Program-made: the position numbers and the translations under genes | Notes under the pieces: model-generated | What the model saw: the letters and a program-made list of their open reading frames with translations, nothing else | Databases searched by the model: none | Told to the model about the DNA's origin: nothing | Part shown: piece by piece, positions 37,490-46,079 of the stretch | How positions within the stretch are numbered: the stretch's first letter is position 1 | How the letters are laid out: each line of letters opens with the position of its first letter | Source of the DNA: Candidatus Micrarchaeota archaeon | GTDB taxonomy: Archaea > Micrarchaeota > Micrarchaeia > Micrarchaeales > CABMGC01 | NCBI GenBank assembly: GCA_021810375.1 | Contig: JAJZJB010000003.1 | Location: 1-46,755, forward strand | DNA length: 46,755 bases | Reading direction: 5' to 3'

Positions 37490-37698
37490 TATGTGGGCCT
37501 TTCAGTAGCGTATACCATTGTTTTTCCATCCCCATTCACTACGACAGAACCTTGCCTCCATGGAATCTTTCCTTATAAATTGCTAAGCCAATTGGGCGTA
37601 TCCTCCGCGTCGGAGATACCTTTAAATATTCGTTATGCAGAAATATATCTTGCAGATTTTCAGCTACGAATTTTGTTCTAGCCACTGCATGTGATACT

Positions 37699-38268
37699 AT
37701 GAAATTGAGACCTGCAAGATCGGTGAGAGGCATACGCAGCCAGGCGTGGGCCAGATACTCTGTCAAGAAGCCCAGGAAGAACTACATCAAGGCGCTTCCG
37801 CACACAAGTTTATTGGTATTCAAGATGGGCGTAAACAAGCCCACATACGACTTGCTGCTTACTCTGGTCTCAGACCAGCAGGTACAGCTAAGGTCTAACG
37901 CCCTTGAGGCAGCACGCCAGGTTGCCAACAAGTACCTTGAGCGCGAGCTCATAGCAAATTATTTTCTCAAACTGCTTCCGTATCCGCACAATGTGGTGAG
38001 GGAGAAGAAGAGGGCTACCGGTGCAGGAGCAGACCGTATCTCCCAGGGTATGTCCCTTTCGTTCGGAAGCCCATCTTCCGTGGCAGCCAGGGTGCACCGG
38101 GGCCAGACGGTATTCGAGCTCAAGACTATGTCCTCTGCGAAAAATATAGGCAGGGAGGCATTGAGCAGGGCTTCTAAGAAGCTCTCGGGAACCTACAAGA
38201 TAAACCTCGTGCCCTTGCTACAGCAGCAACCGCAGAAGGTCCAGCAGCTCCAGCAGGCGGTAAACTGA
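37699..38268 (+). CDS. rpl10e: 50S ribosomal protein L10e (uL16)
   Basis: LRPAR, QLRSNALEAAR...NKYL, YPH.V.REKK.ATGAGADRISQGM..SFG.P, AL.RAS.KL. Confidence 0.96.
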   Translation: MKLRPARSVRGIRSQAWARYSVKKPRKNYIKALPHTSLLVFKMGVNKPTYDLLLTLVSDQQVQLRSNALEAARQVANKYLERELIANYFLKLLPYPHNVVREKKRATGAGADRISQGMSLSFGSPSSVAARVHRGQTVFELKTMSSAKNIGREALSRASKKLSGTYKINLVPLLQQQPQKVQQLQQAVN

Positions 38269-38293
38269 GGGCTCCTTTCCACAGCCATCGGTA

Positions 38294-39763
38294 ATGTTCA
38301 TGGATAAGAAAGAAGGATTGGACGAGATCGTCGAAAGGAGGGACATATACTATCCCGCTTTCGGCATATATGGAGAGATAGCCGGCTTCTACGACTTCGG
38401 GCCCATAGGCCTGAGGATAAGGAAAAGGATAGAGGATGCATGGCGCGCCCTCTTTGTAGAAGAGATAGGCGCTATAGAGATAGAGACTGCAAATCTTCTC
38501 CCGGAGCAGGCGCTCAAGGCAAGCGGCCACGTCTCTGCGTTTACAGATCCTATTGCCACGTGCACCGTTTGCAAGACCCCGTATCGCGTGGATAAGCTGT
38601 TAGAGGAATTCTACGAGAAGAGCGGAGAGAAGAAATCTGCCAGCGAGGTCAAGCGGCTTAATGCTGACCAGATTGCAGAGAGGGCCGGGACAGCAGGGCT
38701 AAAATGTACCAAATGCGGAGGCAAGCTATCTAAGATAGAGAAATTCAACCTGATGTTCAAGACCACCGTGGGCCAGGGGGACGTGACTGCGTACCTCAGA
38801 CCCGAGACCGCGCAGAGTATCTTCCTGGATTTCAAGAACCTTTTCAGGTCGCAGGGCCTCAGGCTTCCGGCAATAATCTCGCAGAAAGGCCGTGCGTACA
38901 GAAATGAGATATCGGCAAGGCAGCAGCTCGTGAGAATGCGCGAGTTCACGCAGATGGATACCGAGATATTCTTCGACGTTCAGGCAGAGCAGGACGACTT
39001 GGGATACATAAGTTCCAGCGAAGTTCTCAAGACAAGGGTAAGGTTCATCTCTGCGGGAGAGGAGAACGAGACCGAGGAATCATTGGAGAACCTGCTGAAA
39101 TCAGGAAGGATACCAAACACCTATTTCGCATATCTTATCTACCTAGAGAAGAGGCTTCTCATGCGCATGGGCATAACCGAGGACAAGTACAGGTTCAGGC
39201 AGCTTGAGAAGGAGGAGCTGCCGCATTACTCCAAGGGAAACGTCGACCTTGAGATATCTACGCATTACGGATACATAGAAGTGGCGGGCAACGCGCACAG
39301 GAGCGATTTCGACCTTTCCAACCACTCTAAATTCTCCGGAGAGGATCTCGGAGTCGTAGGAAACAACGGCAAGGTAATGCCGCAGATCATAGAGGCAACG
39401 CTGGGCATGGACAGGCTCTTCTTCGCCCTTCTAGACAATGCGGTAAGCGATGACGAACGCGGATGGCAGTGGCTGAAGCTTAACGAGCACATGGCCCCGT
39501 ACACGTATGCCATATTTCCGTTGCAGAAGGACGAGAAGATAATTGGGAAGGCCAAGGAACTGCGCAGCAAGCTGGCTGCGAAGGGCATCCAATGCTACTA
39601 CTCTGAGACGGCAAGCATAGGCAAGCGGTACGCCAAGGCCGATGAAATAGGCGTTCCACACTGCATAACCGTCGACTTCCAGACTCTAGAAGACTCTACA
39701 GTAACGGTGAGGGACAGAAACACTACCAAGCAGGACAGGATCGCGCTCAGTGAGATTGCATGA
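38294..39763 (+). CDS. glyS: Glycine--tRNA ligase (alpha2 type)
   Basis: IYGEIAGFYDFGPIG, ASGHV..FTDP, FNLMF.T, LRPETAQ, RNEIS.RQ...RMREFTQ, IGKRYAKADEIGVP. Confidence 0.96.
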   Translation: MFMDKKEGLDEIVERRDIYYPAFGIYGEIAGFYDFGPIGLRIRKRIEDAWRALFVEEIGAIEIETANLLPEQALKASGHVSAFTDPIATCTVCKTPYRVDKLLEEFYEKSGEKKSASEVKRLNADQIAERAGTAGLKCTKCGGKLSKIEKFNLMFKTTVGQGDVTAYLRPETAQSIFLDFKNLFRSQGLRLPAIISQKGRAYRNEISARQQLVRMREFTQMDTEIFFDVQAEQDDLGYISSSEVLKTRVRFISAGEENETEESLENLLKSGRIPNTYFAYLIYLEKRLLMRMGITEDKYRFRQLEKEELPHYSKGNVDLEISTHYGYIEVAGNAHRSDFDLSNHSKFSGEDLGVVGNNGKVMPQIIEATLGMDRLFFALLDNAVSDDERGWQWLKLNEHMAPYTYAIFPLQKDEKIIGKAKELRSKLAAKGIQCYYSETASIGKRYAKADEIGVPHCITVDFQTLEDSTVTVRDRNTTKQDRIALSEIA

Positions 39764-40632
39764 TAAGCGTGGAATGTTTTGATCTTGGCCTCAGCGCCAT
39801 GAGCGGACAGCCGCTTGCCTTCTATTCAAATTACAGCAGGGAAGGCAATGCGGAGAAGCTAACGTATTCAACCCCAAAAGGCAGAATCTGCATAATAGCA
39901 TCGAAGAGGAGCAGGAGAACACAGCTTAACTTCACATATTCCGGAAATCATAGCGGGGCCAGCGCGAAGAAGGAGATAACAGAGAGGTTTGCCCTTAACG
40001 AAGACATAACGCGTGTATACAAGAGTATAAACACCGATCCATTCATGGACAATGCGATAACTGAGCTTAATGGACTCAGGGTCACCAGGAATGACCCATG
40101 GGAGACGACACTATGCTTCGTGATCTCCCAGTTCAACAACATAAAGAGGATACGCGGCATAGTGGGCAATCTCAAGCAGGCATTTGGAGAGGAGGCCGAG
40201 TTCGGCAGCAACACTGAGAAGCTCTTCCCAACTCCCGAGGCTCTAGCATCGGCAAGCCTATCCTCGATACGCAAGTGCGGCACAGGCTTCAGGGACAAGT
40301 ACATACAGAGAGTTGCTAGGGAATGCTCAACCAAGGTCAACCTTGAAGAGCTCTATGATCTTGACTACGGGGAAGCCAAGGCAAAGCTGCTACAGCTTGA
40401 CGGCATAGGCGACAAGGTCGCCGACTGCATACTTCTCTTCGGATATGGCAAGCTGGATGCGTTCCCTATAGACACGTGGGTTAAGCGCGTGATTGAGACC
40501 GCGTACTTCAGGGGCAAGAGGAAGAGCATAAAGGAGATACACGAATTCGCTGACAAAAAGTGGCCAGGCCTGCAAGGTTACAGCAACCAATACATTTTCT
40601 GGCATGGCCGCACTAACCGCATAGGCAAGTGA
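39760..40632 (+). CDS. 8-oxoguanine DNA glycosylase (OGG1-like, HhH-GPD)
   Basis: SGQ, DPWET..CFVISQFNNIKRI, FPTPE.L, GFR.KYI, GIGDKVADCILLF, FPIDTWV. Confidence 0.88.
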   Translation: MISVECFDLGLSAMSGQPLAFYSNYSREGNAEKLTYSTPKGRICIIASKRSRRTQLNFTYSGNHSGASAKKEITERFALNEDITRVYKSINTDPFMDNAITELNGLRVTRNDPWETTLCFVISQFNNIKRIRGIVGNLKQAFGEEAEFGSNTEKLFPTPEALASASLSSIRKCGTGFRDKYIQRVARECSTKVNLEELYDLDYGEAKAKLLQLDGIGDKVADCILLFGYGKLDAFPIDTWVKRVIETAYFRGKRKSIKEIHEFADKKWPGLQGYSNQYIFWHGRTNRIGK

Positions 40633-40636
40633 TGGA

Positions 40637-41203
40637 ATGGCAGATGACATAGCAAGAATAGAGAAGAGGATAATCGAACTGGAAGGGCAGATGGACTCGG
40701 TGATGCAGCTCTCGCGCGCCGTTATACGGTTTGCGGGTAAGGCAATAACCGCAATGCATGCAAGGCACGAGAAAGAAGCAGGTGAGTTTCTCTCCAGCAT
40801 GTCCGAATCAATGAAGCGGCTAAAGGCAACCGAGCAGGGGTTTGAGCATTATTCGTTGCCTGCGCACCAGGAGTATACCGAAGCAATGATAGTATACAAC
40901 ATAATAAAGAACGGCAAGGTGCCTCCTATGGGGGAAATAGGCGAGGCAGAGATACCGTACTTGCTAGGGATGATGGATGCCGTTGGCGAGCTAAAGAGGG
41001 AAGCGTTTGAGTCAATGCGCAAGCGTGACCTTGCAACCGCATCAATGTACTACTCGCTCATGCTTGAGATATACGACTCAACTGCGCACTTGCGATTTGC
41101 AGGCGCCCTCGTTCCCGACTTCAGGAAGAAACAGGACACTGCGCGTATACAGATAGAAGGCACCATAAGCGAGCTTGTCTCTCTCGAAGGCAAGGCCAGA
41201 TAA
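40637..41203 (+). CDS. Translin family protein
   Basis: LSR.VIR....AI...H, QEYTEA, YLLGMMDAVGELKR, RKKQD.AR. Confidence 0.88.
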   Translation: MADDIARIEKRIIELEGQMDSVMQLSRAVIRFAGKAITAMHARHEKEAGEFLSSMSESMKRLKATEQGFEHYSLPAHQEYTEAMIVYNIIKNGKVPPMGEIGEAEIPYLLGMMDAVGELKREAFESMRKRDLATASMYYSLMLEIYDSTAHLRFAGALVPDFRKKQDTARIQIEGTISELVSLEGKAR

Positions 41204-41264
41204 GTGCAAGAAGCTTTATATACTTTACCATCGCAGCTTAATCTGACCTTAGGGGTTGAATAAA

Positions 41265-41846
41265 ATGGGAAACAAAAGAGAATTCAGGTTGCAAAGCGCA
41301 ATGGAATACCTGATGACCTACGGCTGGGCAATCCTCATAATTGCCATAGTCCTGGGAGTCTTGTATTATCTAGGAATCTTTAACGGTGCAGCGTCTCTAG
41401 GAACAAGCTGCATAGCCGTTGCAGGATACTACTGCCAGAATCCTACAATGAATACGGCAGGACAGCTCAGTTTCACGCTGGGCCAGAGCAGCGGCAATCC
41501 GCAGTACAACATAGGGCTCTCATGCGCAGCAACATCCAACAGCGCAGGGCTGCCTTACACGTCTGCATCCGCCAACGCGTTCTATTATCCAGCCACGAAC
41601 GGTCTTGTATCTACCACGGCATTCCCTGGTTATACATCTGCACTGCAGCTGACCTCAGGCCAGCAGCAGGCGATAACTAACCTGCCATGCTTTGGATCTA
41701 CAGGAGCGCTCCTCTCGACAAGCGCAATAGGTGCGACTTTCACCGGCTCGCTATGGTACAACTACACTGCAACCTACGCGGCCCCTGGCGGATCGAACCC
41801 TTGGCTTACCGTGAAGATGGCTACAGTAACAGCAAAGACCGTATAA
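41265..41846 (+). CDS. Type IV pilin-like protein with class III signal peptide
   Basis: RLQSAMEYLMTYGWAILIIAIVLGVLYYLGIF followed by a Cys-containing Ser/Thr-rich domain. Confidence 0.85.
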   Translation: MGNKREFRLQSAMEYLMTYGWAILIIAIVLGVLYYLGIFNGAASLGTSCIAVAGYYCQNPTMNTAGQLSFTLGQSSGNPQYNIGLSCAATSNSAGLPYTSASANAFYYPATNGLVSTTAFPGYTSALQLTSGQQQAITNLPCFGSTGALLSTSAIGATFTGSLWYNYTATYAAPGGSNPWLTVKMATVTAKTV

Positions 41847-41890
41847 ACCGCTTTGGTTTTACGGCCTTTTCTTTTTTTTCTTTATTTTTA
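41839..41890 (+). terminator. Hairpin plus long T-tract after the type IV pilin
   Basis: CCGTATAAACC-GCTTT-GGTTTTACGG (bulged stem) then TTTTCTTTTTTTTCTTTATTTTT. Confidence 0.7.
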
Positions 41891-42202
41891 TAAACGCATA
41901 GCGTAAGCCCTACGCCGGGCGCAGGCACGGCATGCGATTTTAGTGAGTTCTCAGACATTCTGTAACGGCACCAGTGGCATTTCTACATAAGAGGATGGAA
42001 TACTAAACATATCCTTGCAACTTCCCGCGGCCTTACGTTGGGCATGGGCATAAACGCGCCAATACGCTGCAAATTCATGCGAGGACGACATCCCCCATAG
42101 TCGTTGGAAGATCTCACAGGGCTACCAGTGACGTTGCATGTGACATACTTGCCGATACCAGAAGATACTAAGGGCGTCGTGTATGGCTGATTCTGAAGGA
42201 AA

Positions 42203-42253
42203 CTAAAACAAAAGGACAAGAAATAAAAAAGTAAAAAAAAGAAAAGAAGAAAA
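42203..42253 (-). terminator. T-rich terminator after the small basic protein gene
   Basis: Long A-runs on the plus strand immediately 3' of the 42277 stop. Confidence 0.6.
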
Positions 42254-42276
42254 GCGTAAGATCAAGACTGAGGAGA

Positions 42277-42516
42277 TTATCTCCTGCGCCTTGCCACTCT
42301 TCCTCTCCTGTTCATCTTTGTCCTGGCAACATAGCCGCTCTTGTCTATGAAGTACAGGTATCCATCCTCCCTCTTCACCCGTTCGGAGCCAACCTTTGAC
42401 TTCCTGCCCCTAGGGTTGTTCTTCATAGGAGTTCTCCATGCGTATCCATCCTTACCAAGGAAATATAGATACCCATCTTCCCTCTCTACTTTTTCGCTTG
42501 TTAGTCTTTCTGCCAT
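42277..42516 (-). CDS. Small basic protein with two internal repeats
   Basis: SEKVEREDGYLYFLGKDGY / SERVKREDGYLYFIDKSGY; Arg-rich tail; AGGTGA RBS and TATA-like box upstream. Confidence 0.85.
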   Translation of the reverse strand: MAERLTSEKVEREDGYLYFLGKDGYAWRTPMKNNPRGRKSKVGSERVKREDGYLYFIDKSGYVARTKMNRRGRVARRRR

Positions 42517-42729
42517 TCATTCACCTAACTATGTATACGATAGGAATCTTTTTATATCCTCCCCTCGGCTACCGTCAGCAAATTACATGAACCAAGCAGA
42601 AAATACGTCGACAATCTCCAGAAAAATATGCCATATTTTATCAATCTTGCTCCGCGCCATCTTATTTTACGTCGTAAAAACAAAAACGTTAGTTATAAAT
42701 ATACCCGAACGGAAAGGTATTACTGCAAT

Positions 42730-42804
42730 GGACATGTGGTGTAACTTGGATAGCACGGCGGCTTGCGGAGCCGTAAGTTGCGGGTTCAAATCCCGTCATG
42801 TCCG
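42730..42804 (+). tRNA. tRNA-Arg(GCG)
   Basis: Acceptor GGACATG/CATGTCC+G, anticodon arm GCGGC-TTGCGGA-GCCGT, T arm GCGGG-TTCAAAT-CCCGT; TTATAAAT box upstream. Confidence 0.93.
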
Positions 42805-42847
42805 TCCATGCCTTCAGGCGTGTACTTCCAATCCCTGCACACGTCAT

Positions 42848-43684
42848 TCAGGCCCTTAATCTCGCCTTGTTGTTGTCGTTGCCGTGTGTAGTTACGAGGG
42901 TTAGTTTCACGTTTTTCATGAAGTCCTGGATGTGCAGCTGCCCTGCCCAGGATCTCATGAGCTCGTTGTCATGCTGGTCCTGCGCAAGCACACGCACGTC
43001 ATGTATGCCTAGCGCTCCTGTGAAGAGCCTTGCGTCTACTAGTGCCTCTTCAAACGTGCCTACTTGTGAGTAATACGCATTGAATTTGCCTATGGTTGTC
43101 ATGCTGCCATGGCCTTTGTTGAGCCTCTCCGCCATGTCAGAGTACCTTGCAACCGAAGGCCTGGTTATGACAAGCACATGCTCCAGTTCGTTTTCAGTTG
43201 GTATTCCTGACGTGTCTATGGTGTCTGTGGAATAGCCCACACCGCTGCTGCCCATCAGCCTGTCCAGGGCCTTCTTCTGCACATTCTTGTTACCCTTCTC
43301 TATCTGCTCCCTGCTAGTATACCCGTTTTCTATGAACTGGCTTATCTGTGCATCTCCTATGAAATGAGAATCGAGCTCTTTTCCGTGTAGTCTTGCGTCT
43401 TCCTCTACTGCAAGCCTGCCTGCCCATCCGCATCCTTTCGTTACGTCTCTCATATCAGTATGAGTCAGCACTACAACCTGCCTCATTGCACGGTTCTTTT
43501 CCTCAGTGCCGACATGCACCAGTTTCACAAGCGTATCTGCAATGTTGGTCACATCGGCCCCGGCCGTTCGCACAAATGCTGTCTTTCCATCATTGAACTC
43601 GCTGTCCAGATATGCGCTCAGTCTCCTGTCTGAGCATGACACTACAACCCGGCTTGTACCCTCAGGGAGATAAAAATCTGCCAT
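42848..43684 (-). CDS. Beta-carbonic-anhydrase-like protein (divergent)
   Basis: VVVSCSDRRL, RTAGA, VVLTHTD(x7)CG; extra C-terminal domain; ATG at 43684 preferred. Confidence 0.55.
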   Translation of the reverse strand: MADFYLPEGTSRVVVSCSDRRLSAYLDSEFNDGKTAFVRTAGADVTNIADTLVKLVHVGTEEKNRAMRQVVVLTHTDMRDVTKGCGWAGRLAVEEDARLHGKELDSHFIGDAQISQFIENGYTSREQIEKGNKNVQKKALDRLMGSSGVGYSTDTIDTSGIPTENELEHVLVITRPSVARYSDMAERLNKGHGSMTTIGKFNAYYSQVGTFEEALVDARLFTGALGIHDVRVLAQDQHDNELMRSWAGQLHIQDFMKNVKLTLVTTHGNDNNKARLRA

Positions 43685-43740
43685 GGAACTCACAATCCTA
43701 TAGTGCAATCTGCCTTAATAAGATTTATGTTGGATTGCAG

Positions 43741-45411
43741 TCATACTGACTGCTTGTGCACCCCTCTAACAGCCCTGCCTGAAGGATCCACCATCTTTGC
43801 AAAGTCCTCGCTCCACCTCATGGCCCTGGGGGTGGAGCATGCCACCGAGGGGCCTACCGGAACAGTTGATGCCGCTGACCTGCTGTGGAAAAGTTCATCG
43901 AATATGGTCCTATAATAATACTGCTCTTTTGATGTCGGGACCTGCACAGGGAATCTTTCCGCGGCGCTAGCCATCATCTTGTCAGTAACGTGGGCTTCTG
44001 TAAATTTCTTGAGCTGGTCTATCCATCCGTAACCAACGCCGTCAGAGAACTGCTCCTTCTGTCTCCAAAGCACACTCGAATCAGGGAATACTCCCTCAAA
44101 AGACCTCCTTAGCAGGTCCTTCTCAATCCTAGGCCTGCCCATGCTGTCCTTGCACATCTTCTCTTCAGGAGAGATGCCCATAACGTAATCTACGAATATC
44201 TTGTCAAGGAAAGGTACTCTTGTCTCAAGACCCCATGCGGCAGTGGACTTGTTCGCCCTTAGGCAGTCGTACTTGCTGAGGTTGCCAACCTTCTCAACCA
44301 GCTCCTCATGAAACTCTCTGGCATTGGGCGCCTTGTGGAAATAGAGGTAGCCTCCAAAAAGCTCGTCAGATCCTTCTCCAGATAGTACCATCTTTATGCC
44401 CATTGACTTTATTTTCCTTGCCATTAGGTACATTGGTGTTGCCGCCCGTATGGTTGTTGTATCGAAGGTCTCGAGATGCCAGATTACGTCTCTTAGCGCA
44501 TCAATGCCTTCCTGTATGGTAAATATTATTTCATGGTGCACAGTGCCTATCCTTGCAGCCACCTGCCTTGCGTAAGCCATATCTGGAGAGCCTTCAAGTC
44601 CCACCGAGAAGGAATGCAGTCTAGGCCACCACGCCTCTTCGCTGTCTCCTGACTCTACCCTCTGCCTGCTGTACTTGTATGCTGCAAATGCTACTAGTGA
44701 AGAATCAAGCCCGCCTGAAATAAGCACCCCGTAGGGGACATCAGACATAAGCTGCCTGTGCACTGCAGCCTCGAACTGCCTGCGCAGCTCCAGGAGGTCC
44801 GCCTTTGCGCTCGGTATCTCAGTCATCCATCGTCTTTCATACCACTTCACGAACCTGCCATCCTTGCTGTCGTAGTAGTGGCCCGGTGGAAATTCCTGCA
44901 GTTTGTCGCAATACTTGTCGAGCGCCTTCATCTCGCTTGCTATGTGCACCACTCCGTTTCCGTCCCATCCTATGTAAAGTGGTTCTATGCCGATATGATC
45001 TCTTGCCACTAAATAACTACCTTTTGCCTTGTCATAGAGAGCGAACGCGAATATGCCATTCAGTTTGTCAATGAAGGCAGGGCCATACTCTTCATAGAGA
45101 TACAACAGCACTTCGCAGTCAGACTTCGTCTGCCACTTGTGCTCCCTGTTTAATTCCGAGCGCAGCTCCGTGTGGTTGTATATCTCACCATTCACTGCAA
45201 GTACATTGCCATTGGACTTATCGACCAACGGCTGGGCTCCATGCTCTACGTCCACTATGGAAAGCCTCTCGTGTGCGAGGATAGCCTTCTCATCTGCATA
45301 TATGCCGCTCCAGTCCGGCCCGCGATGCCTTATTGTTCTCGCCATTGCCATAGCTCTGCTGCGCATCTCCGTCATATCTTCAAAATCGAATATACCAACT
45401 ATGCCGCACAA
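43741..45411 (-). CDS. asnB: Asparagine synthetase B (glutamine-hydrolysing)
   Basis: CGIVG, RHRGPDWSG, HERLSIVD, NGEIYNH, SGGLDSS, SGEGSDELFGGYLYFHKAP, RVPFLD, WRQKEQFSDGVG; TTG start at 45411 puts Cys at position 2. Confidence 0.96.
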   Translation of the reverse strand: MCGIVGIFDFEDMTEMRSRAMAMARTIRHRGPDWSGIYADEKAILAHERLSIVDVEHGAQPLVDKSNGNVLAVNGEIYNHTELRSELNREHKWQTKSDCEVLLYLYEEYGPAFIDKLNGIFAFALYDKAKGSYLVARDHIGIEPLYIGWDGNGVVHIASEMKALDKYCDKLQEFPPGHYYDSKDGRFVKWYERRWMTEIPSAKADLLELRRQFEAAVHRQLMSDVPYGVLISGGLDSSLVAFAAYKYSRQRVESGDSEEAWWPRLHSFSVGLEGSPDMAYARQVAARIGTVHHEIIFTIQEGIDALRDVIWHLETFDTTTIRAATPMYLMARKIKSMGIKMVLSGEGSDELFGGYLYFHKAPNAREFHEELVEKVGNLSKYDCLRANKSTAAWGLETRVPFLDKIFVDYVMGISPEEKMCKDSMGRPRIEKDLLRRSFEGVFPDSSVLWRQKEQFSDGVGYGWIDQLKKFTEAHVTDKMMASAAERFPVQVPTSKEQYYYRTIFDELFHSRSAASTVPVGPSVACSTPRAMRWSEDFAKMVDPSGRAVRGVHKQSV

Positions 45412-45629
45412 TTTCAACGCCTCAACAGCCTTTATCTTTACTGATCCCGTCTATCTTCCGGTTATTCTCCGCATTCCCACAGCCAAGTCTCTATGCTCCT
45501 TTATCTTAACAAGCTTCTGTCTGATGCTCATGGTATTACTTGATTATACCTATTTGCGGCCGTGTATATATGCTTTTCTCCAAAAATGTTATAAAAAATA
45601 CAGATACAATACAAACCCTTAAATATTAC

Positions 45630-45646
45630 ATTGTATAATATACAAT
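45630..45646. promoter_or_regulatory. Palindromic operator-like site at the start of the Lrp/AsnC gene
   Basis: ATTGTATA-A-TATACAAT, between a TTAAATA box and the ATG. Confidence 0.55.
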
Positions 45647-45647
45647 A

Positions 45648-46079
45648 ATGGATGGCACCGATGAAGATCTTATTCAGGTTGTCGACTCTGGTACAATAAA
45701 GTACACCGACATAGCAAGGAAGTTGAAGCTTCCTCTCTCAACTGTGCACTTCAGGCTGAAGAAGCTTGAGAGGGAGAAGGTGATCCTACATTATCGCGCC
45801 GAGATAGACTGGAAGAAAGCAGGCTTCCCAATAGCCGCATACATTTTCGTTAATATAGATGTGGACTTGCTTAAGAAGATCGACAAGAGCCAGGATGACC
45901 TGCTAAAGGAATTCATGTCCATATTCTATGTCAGGGATGGCGCACTCATAACAGGAGACGCAGATATACTGCTTAAAATAATAGCAAAGAGCTCAGAGCA
46001 CCTAAAGGACATACTGCTAAATGCCATAGACTCTAGAGAAGGGGTGGTACGTACGAAGACCATGCTGGTCCTGGGATGA
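45648..46079 (+). CDS. Lrp/AsnC family transcriptional regulator
   Basis: DIARKLKLPLSTVHFRLKKLE...I..Y, ITGDADILLKI; located between asnB and asnS. Confidence 0.9.
   Translation: MDGTDEDLIQVVDSGTIKYTDIARKLKLPLSTVHFRLKKLEREKVILHYRAEIDWKKAGFPIAAYIFVNIDVDLLKKIDKSQDDLLKEFMSIFYVRDGALITGDADILLKIIAKSSEHLKDILLNAIDSREGVVRTKTMLVLG

Larger units (their letters stand above)
36690..37561. mobile_element. Putative tRNA-integrated islet remnant carrying a toxin-antitoxin pair
   Basis: CCTTGCCTCCAT at the tRNA 3' end (36690-36701) repeated at 37550-37561; interior visibly AT-richer; no integrase. Confidence 0.5.

Noticed and set aside
38215-38268. Gln-rich C-terminal tail on L10e
   Set aside because: Short low-complexity extension with no evidence of function
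41891-42200. ~300-bp region between convergent terminators (ORF 41983-42219)
   Set aside because: The ORF starts in the A/T tract and has no motifs; other frames are interrupted; no recognisable RNA structure
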